Shown: piece by piece, positions 47,048-54,359 of the stretch
Layout: each line of letters starts with the position of its first letter
How positions within the stretch are numbered: the first letter of the stretch is position 1
Source: Gemmatimonadales bacterium UBA2975
GTDB taxonomy: Bacteria; Gemmatimonadota; Gemmatimonadetes; Longimicrobiales; Gaopeijiaceae
Reading direction: 5' to 3'
Length of the DNA: 64,000 nucleotides
NCBI GenBank assembly: GCA_002348265.1
Contig: DEAT01000022.1
Coordinates: 131,792-195,791 of the forward strand
Position numbers and translations under genes: made by a program
The notes under the pieces: generated by a model
What the model saw: only the letters and a program-made list of their open reading frames with translations
Told to the model about the DNA's origin: nothing
The model's database searches: none

Positions 47048-47081
47048 GGAACATATGTTTGTTTCTTGGAGGAACAGATGT
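47048..47081 (+). promoter_or_regulatory. Two direct copies of AGGAACA-kATGT motif upstream of susC-like gene
   Basis: GGAACATATGTT (47048-47059, containing the 10-bp palindrome AACATATGTT) and GGAACAGATGT (47071-47081) start 23 bp apart. The second copy is identical over 11 nt to the minus-strand reading of 21229-21239. Confidence 0.3.
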
Positions 47082-47104
47082 GCCCCTCAGGGTTGTTTTT
47101 TCTC

Positions 47105-47133
47105 TTGACTTCATGCCTTTAGAGCCGTAAAAC
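47105..47133 (+). promoter_or_regulatory. Sigma-70-like promoter candidate for the susC/susD-like operon
   Basis: TTGACT (47105-47110), a 17-nt spacer, then TAAAAC (47128-47133), ~65 nt upstream of ATG 47198. AGGAGG lies 5 nt before the ATG. The promoter consensus of this lineage is unknown. Confidence 0.3.
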
Positions 47134-47197
47134 TCCCTACTTGGGATGATGTTGGGAGGAGTGGGTTCTAGCACATAGGGTCTATGTAGGAGGTCTC

Positions 47198-50100
47198 ATG
47201 GCTCTACGGACGTTCGGAATGAACACCGCGAAGGCGGCTCGCAATTTTGCGATTGCTATAGCCTTCATGGTGTTTGGCGCAGTCGGAGTAACTGCGCAGA
47301 ACACCGGTACGGTTACCGGCCTAGTCCGCGATGCGACGACTTTGGCACCCCTGGCGGGTGCTCAGGTTTCGGTCGAAGGAACGGGTGTAGGTGGCCTGGT
47401 CAACAATGTTGGCCGATTCCTGCTGTTAAATGTTCCAGCAGGGACACAGACGGTGAACGTCACTATGATCGGCTATGGTGCCGCATCGGCGACGGTCAGC
47501 GTTACGGCAGGTGGTACTGCCACTTTGGATTTCGAGATGAGAGAGCAGGCTCTTTCTCTTGAGGGTGTGGTCGTGACCGGTACTGCCGGACAGGCTCGCC
47601 GTCGTGAGGTGGGTAACTCTATCGAGTCCGTTGGAGCCGCTGACATTGCGGTTGCAGCGATTACAGACGTCTCGAACGTTCTTCAGGGCCGCGCGGCCGG
47701 TGTTTCGATTTCCGGTACGGATGGGCAGGTTGGCGCCGGTTCAGAGATCCGGATTCGCGGTAACAGCTCGATTTCTCAGAGCAACCGTCCGCTGATCTAC
47801 GTCGATGGTGTCCGGATGGAGAACGATGCTCTTATGTCGGCGGATGAAGGTGCCGCTGGTACGATGGCTATCGACGGCATTAACCCGAACGACATCGATC
47901 GTATTGAGATCGTCAAGGGCCCTGCTGCTACGACCCTTTATGGAACGGAAGCCGCAGGTGGCGTTATCCAGATCTTCACGAAGCGTGGTTCTGCGGGTGC
48001 ACCTGCGTGGACGGTGACTGTTGATCAGGGTATGCAGCGCATGGGTCACCAAGGCCCGCAGACGGCTGCAGATGTGAAGGCGATGTCTAACTACTTCACG
48101 AGGAATAACCCAGACGTCTATCCGACCGGCGACTACAACGTCGACTATCTCCTTCCTGAAGGGGATATCGGTAACAGCAACGGTCTTCGTTTGAACGACT
48201 GTGCGTCTGGAGATCCGATGTCTCAGTATCCCACGATTGACGGCTATGGTGCTGAGCCTGGCTGTCCCGAGAGCGGTTCTTGGTTCCGTGACGCTTCAAT
48301 GCAGCGTTACAACCTGAGCGTCCGCGGCGGTGGTGAGACAGCGACGTACTTTGTCTCTGGCCGTTGGGCAGACGAGCAGGGTGTCGTGGATCCGCAGGGT
48401 CAGCAGAGCTACAACCTGCGCACTAACGTGCAGTTCCAGCCGATGGATGGACTGGACGTCAGCCTAAACAACATGTACACGAAGAGGAACATTACTTGGA
48501 TCCCGAACGGTAACAACGCCTCGGGTCTGTTCCTTAACGTGTTGCGTGGTGAGCGCGGATACACCCCGGGCAACGACGATTCATTAGTGATGTTCAATGA
48601 CATCGCCACCAACCAGTCGCAGTGGGTTACCTCTGCGTCGATCGGTTGGACCCCGACCGCGAACTTCTCGCACCGTCTCAACTTTGGGATGGACTACACA
48701 TACGTCGACTTCGTCGACTTCAAGCCCTACGACAACTACGAGAACCCTCTGGGTGACCGAGAGAACGACCAGTACAACGACCGTAACATGACCTTCGATT
48801 ACAACGGGTCGTGGCGGACGGACATTATGGACGGGATCTCATCCTCCTTTTCATGGGGTGGTCAGGTCTATGAGGAGTTCAGCTGGCGTCTAAACGGCTT
48901 TGACTCTGATTTTGCTGGTCCTGGTGACCAGCTACTCGGTGACGGTACGGATCAGGACGTCAACGAGAGTCGCCTCACGGTCCGCTCGGGTGGGTTCTTC
49001 CTCCAGGAGCAGATCGGCTTCGGCGACCGTCTATTCTTAACTGGTGGTATTCGCTGGGACGGCTTCTCCACGTTCGGTTCGGGCTTCGGCCTTGCCGCGT
49101 ATCCGAAGATCGCCGGTGCGTATACCATTTCGGATGAATCCTTCTTCCCTGAAGGTCTCTTCGACGCTCTTAAGCTGCGTGCAGCTTGGGGTAAGTCCGG
49201 TCGCGCGCCAGGTGCGTTCGATGCTGTGAAGATCTACGAAGCCACGCAGGCTGATGAGGTCGTTCCGGCACTCATTATCGGTAACCTCGGTAATGCGGAC
49301 CTCGGCCCGGAAGTCTCAACAGAACTCGAGATGGGTTTCGAGGCTTCTATGCTAGATGGTCGGATGTCGATTGACTTTACGAAATACGACCAGACGACGA
49401 GAGACGCTCTTATCGGTGTGCAGGAGGCTCCCTCCTTCGGCACGGAAGAGGCCACACTGCGCAACCTCGGTGAGACGACTAACAAGGGATACGAAGCAAT
49501 CCTGAACGTGTCCCCGGTACGGTCGGATTTCCTAGACTGGAACGTGAACTTCTCATACTCGTCGAACGAGTCTGAGATCACGGACCTTGGTCCTCTCCAA
49601 AATGCTGGCGGAAACCTGCAGCTAGGTTTCCCGATTGGCGTGGAGTACGATCCAGTTGTTATGAATCCGACTGCTGTTGGGCAGGCTGAAGACACAGAAC
49701 TGGCCGTTCTGGGCGTCGTATTCCCGCAGGAGATCATTGCGCTAGGTACTCGCATGACGTTTAGCCAAGCGCTAACACTGGACGTGCTGTTTGAGAGCCA
49801 GCTTGGTCACTCGCGGACAATCGGTATCGGTTGGGCCACTGCTCGTCGCGAGACGTGGCCTCACTGCTTCGGTATTCAGAATGAGTTCAACGCCAACGGC
49901 AGAACGAACCTGACGCCGAACCAAGTAGTGACATGCGTGCCTGGTAAGATTGACTGGGGTGCATGGACACAGGATGCTGACTTCATCAAGCTCCGCTCGG
50001 CTTCGCTGTCTTACCGTCTTCCGGATGATCTCATTCCGGGAACGCGCAGCGTGAGCCTCTCACTGCAGGGTAAGAATCTCTGGCAGACGACAGACTACCA

Positions 50101-50215
50101 GGGCCTAGATCCCGAGGCGACAGACCGTGGTCTGGATCGCGGCGAGTACGCGTTCGAGTACTACAACATGGCGCCGCCGAGGATCGTAATCCTCAACATG
50201 CAGGTGAACTTCTAA
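47198..50215 (+). CDS. SusC/RagA family TonB-linked outer-membrane transporter
   Basis: The protein has a signal peptide, a CarboxypepD_reg segment (GTVTGLVRDATTLAPLAGAQVSVEG), a plug (IRIRGNSSISQSNRPLIYVDGV, IEIVKGPAATTLYGTEAAGGVIQIFTK), a long barrel and a C-terminal aromatic residue (..MQVNF). Confidence 0.9.
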   Translation: MALRTFGMNTAKAARNFAIAIAFMVFGAVGVTAQNTGTVTGLVRDATTLAPLAGAQVSVEGTGVGGLVNNVGRFLLLNVPAGTQTVNVTMIGYGAASATVSVTAGGTATLDFEMREQALSLEGVVVTGTAGQARRREVGNSIESVGAADIAVAAITDVSNVLQGRAAGVSISGTDGQVGAGSEIRIRGNSSISQSNRPLIYVDGVRMENDALMSADEGAAGTMAIDGINPNDIDRIEIVKGPAATTLYGTEAAGGVIQIFTKRGSAGAPAWTVTVDQGMQRMGHQGPQTAADVKAMSNYFTRNNPDVYPTGDYNVDYLLPEGDIGNSNGLRLNDCASGDPMSQYPTIDGYGAEPGCPESGSWFRDASMQRYNLSVRGGGETATYFVSGRWADEQGVVDPQGQQSYNLRTNVQFQPMDGLDVSLNNMYTKRNITWIPNGNNASGLFLNVLRGERGYTPGNDDSLVMFNDIATNQSQWVTSASIGWTPTANFSHRLNFGMDYTYVDFVDFKPYDNYENPLGDRENDQYNDRNMTFDYNGSWRTDIMDGISSSFSWGGQVYEEFSWRLNGFDSDFAGPGDQLLGDGTDQDVNESRLTVRSGGFFLQEQIGFGDRLFLTGGIRWDGFSTFGSGFGLAAYPKIAGAYTISDESFFPEGLFDALKLRAAWGKSGRAPGAFDAVKIYEATQADEVVPALIIGNLGNADLGPEVSTELEMGFEASMLDGRMSIDFTKYDQTTRDALIGVQEAPSFGTEEATLRNLGETTNKGYEAILNVSPVRSDFLDWNVNFSYSSNESEITDLGPLQNAGGNLQLGFPIGVEYDPVVMNPTAVGQAEDTELAVLGVVFPQEIIALGTRMTFSQALTLDVLFESQLGHSRTIGIGWATARRETWPHCFGIQNEFNANGRTNLTPNQVVTCVPGKIDWGAWTQDADFIKLRSASLSYRLPDDLIPGTRSVSLSLQGKNLWQTTDYQGLDPEATDRGLDRGEYAFEYYNMAPPRIVILNMQVNF

Positions 50216-51636
50216 TGCGTAACTGGACGAGAAGGGCCGGACTTCCGGCAGTGGCCGCTTTTGCGGTCGTCCTCTCCGGGTGTGACCTTGAAGTTCTCAA
50301 CCCGGGAGCTATCCAAGACGCTGACGTGGTGACTCCTGAACTCATGCCGGTGCTCGTTGCGGGCGCCTCGGCTGAGTACAACGATGTGCAGGACAACTAC
50401 GCGTTCGATATTGCGCGCTTGAGCGACGAACTTGCCGGTACGGGATCGTATGGCTCAACGCAGGATTTCCGGACGGGTTTCTACACCGACCAGGACGCCG
50501 AAGGCGACTGGGAGCAGATGCATGAGGCTGCTTGGGCCGCAGGTCAGGCGTGGACTCGCCTGCAAGAGGTCCTGGGGGGCTCTGAGAGTTCTTCAGTCCT
50601 CGGTGCACGTCTATTCGTGTACCAAGGACATGCCTACATGCGACTCGGTGAAGCATACTGCAAGGTAGCTTTTGACATTGGTCCGTCTGAGCCTCGGGCG
50701 AACGCTTTTGCCAGGGCGAAAGCTTCGTTCGATCAGGCTTATACGATCGCTAGTGCTGCCGGTTCAGGTGCTGATAAGTGGCGTCTTGCAGCAAAATTAG
50801 GTCAGGCCCAGGCCGAGTTCGGCATGGCCGTTGAGGGTACCGGCTCGTGGGCGACTGCTTCGGCTGCAGCCGCGGCAGCGATCGCTGAGCCAGGCATGAC
50901 GATCGACTTTTCAGACGATGCGATCTATGCCCAAGGTGCTAACGCGAACCTCTTCTGGATCGAAACGTGGAATCGCGCCGAGGTCGGCGTGTACCGCACT
51001 CTAGCTCAGGCTATGTATGAGAATGAGGCGGATCCACGCACGAAGTTCACGAAGTGTGGTGAGTGGAACGACCTAGCGTCTGCTTACCCGGACAACATTC
51101 CGGGTGGAGTGACGAAGACAGGAAACTGCGATGGTGACGGTTCCGGTGCCCACCAGGGCGCGGACGGCGACCATGCGCATTATCGTCAGGATATCTATGA
51201 CGATCGTGGGTCCGATATCCCGAGAGCTTCGGCGATCGAGATGTACATGATCATGGCTGAGGCTGCCCTTCAGGGTACGCCGGATTACGCCACGTTCATC
51301 GGACACATTAACACTGTTCGTGCTCACCACGGTCTGGCTGCTATCGCGGCGCCGACTGCGATGGGTAACTTCCTGCAGTGGCCGTATACCGCTGATGACG
51401 TGACGGACGCGAACGCCTCTACGGCTAACGCGATTCTTGACCGTGAGAGGTATGCGAACCTCTGGATGCAGGGTAAGCGCCTGTATGACCTCGAGCGTTG
51501 GAACCACCCGTTCCTAACGACCGACGGTTGGATTACTGGTAGTACCTCCGTTGCGGATCGGGTGTCTTGTTTCCCGATGCCTCGTAACGAGTGTCAGCTG
51601 AACCCGAACATGGCAGGTGATCCGGCTTGCGGTTGA
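50215..51636 (+). CDS. SusD/RagB family nutrient-binding outer-membrane lipoprotein
   Basis: The lipobox is VVLSGCD. The gene immediately follows susC-like with a TAATG overlap. The protein is TPR-like and helical, with composition and length typical of SusD. Confidence 0.82.
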   Translation: MRNWTRRAGLPAVAAFAVVLSGCDLEVLNPGAIQDADVVTPELMPVLVAGASAEYNDVQDNYAFDIARLSDELAGTGSYGSTQDFRTGFYTDQDAEGDWEQMHEAAWAAGQAWTRLQEVLGGSESSSVLGARLFVYQGHAYMRLGEAYCKVAFDIGPSEPRANAFARAKASFDQAYTIASAAGSGADKWRLAAKLGQAQAEFGMAVEGTGSWATASAAAAAAIAEPGMTIDFSDDAIYAQGANANLFWIETWNRAEVGVYRTLAQAMYENEADPRTKFTKCGEWNDLASAYPDNIPGGVTKTGNCDGDGSGAHQGADGDHAHYRQDIYDDRGSDIPRASAIEMYMIMAEAALQGTPDYATFIGHINTVRAHHGLAAIAAPTAMGNFLQWPYTADDVTDANASTANAILDRERYANLWMQGKRLYDLERWNHPFLTTDGWITGSTSVADRVSCFPMPRNECQLNPNMAGDPACG

Positions 51637-51672
51637 CGTGACCGGGTAGCATTTGCAGGGGCAGTAACGACG

Positions 51673-51700
51673 GCCCCCACCGGCAGTTGCCGGTGGGGGC
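51673..51700 (+). terminator. Strong hairpin after susD-like gene (terminator candidate)
   Basis: GCCCCCACCGGCA-gt-TGCCGGTGGGGGC is a 13-nt perfect inverted repeat, 37 nt after the stop codon. The downstream tract is only weakly T-rich. Confidence 0.5.
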
Positions 51701-51759
51701 TCGTCAATTCTAGGTCGTTCGTATCTCTGTTTAACGAAACCCCTAAGGAGGGGACTTGT

Positions 51760-52617
51760 ATGAGCGACGACGTAGCCTTCGAAGGCCAGATAACGTTATC
51801 TGGTGAGCCAGGCACTAAACTGAGTCTATTATCTGCGGTACGTCGCCTCGTGGTATTCCTGATAGGGGTCTGCATAGCTATTGGGATCTCATTGGAGTCC
51901 TTGGCTGGTCAGACGCTGCGAGGGAGAATCCTTGACAGTGAAACGCGGGATCCGGTTAGGCTTGCCTATGTTGGGTTATTGACTGAGGGAGAAAGCATGG
52001 CGGTTGCTACTCTGGCGGATACCGCGGGCTTTTTTGAGATAACGGCTCCCGACCCGGGCCCGTACTTCGTTTATATCTCACGATCCGGGTACGAAACGAT
52101 TATGGATGGTGTCTTCGAACTTGGATACAAGGCTGAGCTGGACGTGCGGATTGGTATGAAGCCACTTCCCATCGAACTGGATGAGGTGCTTGTCGAGATA
52201 GAGCGTGGGACAGCCGACTTCCTCGAGCGAAACGGGTTTTACGAAAGAGCGATCACAGGTCGCGGCGTTCTCATGCTAAGGGAAGATATAGAGCGGTTTG
52301 CGATCAATAGGGTGAGCGACGTGATGAGACGCATCCCACTGTTAGATATCGATGACTCTCGTCCGCTTGCTGGGCCAGAGTCCTTCCGGAATCCGGAGAT
52401 CAGAGTTGTACGCAACGGACAATATTGCTCTCCGACCTTGTACATTGACCGGAACTTAGTGAACTCGGGAAGTCTCGGGTCAGTGAGACCTGACGATTAC
52501 GTCTCGGTGGTGGAGATCGACGCTATCGAGGTTTATGCTCGTTCGAGTGAGGTTCCCGTCGGTTTCGATGAGATCAATAATTGCGGGGTGATCCTAATCT
52601 GGACCCGGACTCGCTGA
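51760..52617 (+). CDS. Second stand-alone CarboxypepD_reg plus plug-like protein (no beta-barrel)
   Basis: AAGGAGG lies upstream of the ATG. LRGRILDSETRDPVRLAYVGLL...GFFEITAPDPGPYFVYISRSGYE is a CarboxypepD_reg segment. VSDVMRRIPLLDI ... PTLYIDRNLV ... EIDAIEVYARSSEVPVGF...CGVILIWTR is a plug-like segment. Confidence 0.62.
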   Translation: MSDDVAFEGQITLSGEPGTKLSLLSAVRRLVVFLIGVCIAIGISLESLAGQTLRGRILDSETRDPVRLAYVGLLTEGESMAVATLADTAGFFEITAPDPGPYFVYISRSGYETIMDGVFELGYKAELDVRIGMKPLPIELDEVLVEIERGTADFLERNGFYERAITGRGVLMLREDIERFAINRVSDVMRRIPLLDIDDSRPLAGPESFRNPEIRVVRNGQYCSPTLYIDRNLVNSGSLGSVRPDDYVSVVEIDAIEVYARSSEVPVGFDEINNCGVILIWTRTR

Positions 52618-52627
52618 TCAGGAGTTT

Positions 52628-53044
52628 TTAATGACTGCCCCCGCCGCGGTACTCATCGGCTCGACCTGTTACCCACACTGCCACGGATGCAACAGTTCCA
52701 ACGATGATCCCACCTATGATTGCAGACGTCGAACCTGCGTCTAGTTTGCGCACCAACAGCCCCCTCAGCTCTGTGATCGGAATGAGTCTGGTCTCTGTCG
52801 TTATGTCGTTACCTGACCCGTTTATCCCGACTAGGGAGAGTGAAGACGGCGTCCAACTCGCTTCGAGCACGTCGTCATATTCGATCACCTTCTCTTCGGT
52901 ACCGTCGGAAATCACGACGCCACGAAGACTGAGGGCTTCACGTTCCGGCTGAGTGCGAGGCACAGGCATCGTCGTTACGGTGAAACAACCCGCAAGTAGG
53001 GGAAGTGAAAAAAGCAGAACGGACAGGCGGCCGGGTTTGTTCAT
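52628..53044 (-). CDS. Hypothetical small lipoprotein
   Basis: MNKPGRLSVLLFSLPLLAGC contains a lipobox, and there is a C-terminal hydrophobic helix. The start was trimmed to the Met preceding the signal peptide. Confidence 0.5.
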   Translation of the reverse strand: MNKPGRLSVLLFSLPLLAGCFTVTTMPVPRTQPEREALSLRGVVISDGTEEKVIEYDDVLEASWTPSSLSLVGINGSGNDITTETRLIPITELRGLLVRKLDAGSTSAIIGGIIVGTVASVAVWVTGRADEYRGGGSH

Positions 53045-53256
53045 ACGCGGAGCAGGGTGCTTGGAAAGACGTCCGGAAACAGCGCGCAAAACTGCTACGG
53101 CGCGGGAGCGAACGCAATTCTTCTTTTTATTTCTTCAGGTAAGTTGAGGTCTTCTGTGCGGATGGAACAGCCGTGTTTCGGCTTCTCGGTGACGGCTGAG
53201 ACCTTGCTGCAGATGATCTAGTTGGTTGCTTTGTTTAGGCTCTCTTTAGAGCCCTA

Positions 53257-54081
53257 TCAGCGGCCCCCCATGAGTTCCCTTATTTGGTTCAATGCGGCGT
53301 CTACTTTGAACTGGATTCCCATGACTCCGCGCTCGACCGATGCTCTTGTAGGATCTCCAGAAACACCGCTGTCGGGGAATCCGCCACCCGGAGCGAGCTT
53401 ATCGGTCCGGATGTGTCGCGGATCCACTGCAAGGAGTTGCGAGGTGTCTGAGATCCCAGCGTGGCCGCCAATCGTTTCCGGAGTCTCCCCCTGCTCTTCT
53501 AGCCAGGATCGAAAGCCGTTGTTGCTGTAATAGTCTCCAACAAAGTGAACACGGACTGGTTCTGCTGCCCACTCCTCATTGAGCATCTGGGCGACCTGCT
53601 CCATCCCTCTTTGGTTTCCACCGCTGTCGCCGATCATGACTATGTCATTGAAGCCGTGCACGGCGAGGCTTCGTGCTGCGTACTCAAGAAGTTTGATGTA
53701 AAACTCTTCGGGGAAGGTGATGGTCCCTGCCTTTGACAGGTGTCCCCTCGTGGGGTTGTTCACATCTCCCTCTGGCACGTAGGTCACCACCGGCGCTATG
53801 AGGGCGTTTCCCAGCTCCCGCGCGATCATCGCCGAAGCATAGTTCACGATGAACTTGTGCTTTCCGAGCACCATATGCGGTCCATTTTGTTCTGTTCCAG
53901 CCGTTGGGATAATGATTGTGGTTGTCCCTTGATCAATAGCGTCACGTACTTCGGTCCAGGTCAGCTCCTCCAGGAAGACTGACGGAAGGTCCAAGCCCTG
54001 TGACAAAACCGAGGATGTTCCAAGGAGTGTCAGGAAAATCAACGCGACAGAAGTGCGAATTAACAGAGTGGGACGGCGCAT
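53257..54081 (-). CDS. Creatininase (creatinine amidohydrolase) family protein with N-terminal signal peptide
   Basis: The metal-binding block is IIIPTAGTEQNGPHMVLGKH, plus HGFNDIVMIGDSGGN and GGHAGISDTS. The N-terminus MRRPTLLIRTSVALIFLTLLGTSSVLSQ looks like a Sec signal. Confidence 0.8.
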   Translation of the reverse strand: MRRPTLLIRTSVALIFLTLLGTSSVLSQGLDLPSVFLEELTWTEVRDAIDQGTTTIIIPTAGTEQNGPHMVLGKHKFIVNYASAMIARELGNALIAPVVTYVPEGDVNNPTRGHLSKAGTITFPEEFYIKLLEYAARSLAVHGFNDIVMIGDSGGNQRGMEQVAQMLNEEWAAEPVRVHFVGDYYSNNGFRSWLEEQGETPETIGGHAGISDTSQLLAVDPRHIRTDKLAPGGGFPDSGVSGDPTRASVERGVMGIQFKVDAALNQIRELMGGR

Positions 54082-54359
54082 GGTGAAGTCCGGTGTGTGA
54101 GTGCGTGAGGCGTGAACTTGCAGTCGGATAAGAGCAATCAGACTAGGTGTGCGGATCGCAGGCTGGCAAGCACTTCAAATAAGTCGTGGGAAAATGCTTC
54201 CGAGGATTTTTCCGCCGCATCGCGGGAAGCCCGACCTTGTTTGGGACCAATCAGACTAAGTGGGAGAAGCACTCTTTGGTGCCGAACATCAGCTTTCAGG
54301 GCATGCGGACTGGCAAGCCGGCACATGCCCAGAGCAGCGGCCGTTGATCGATGCTCTTC

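Noticed and set aside
53170-53256. Hairpins CAGCCGT...ACGGCTG and GGCTCT-cttt-AGAGCC downstream of the creatininase gene as intrinsic terminators
   Set aside because: The stems are short and neither is followed by a U-tract on the transcribed (minus) strand. The evidence is insufficient to call them.
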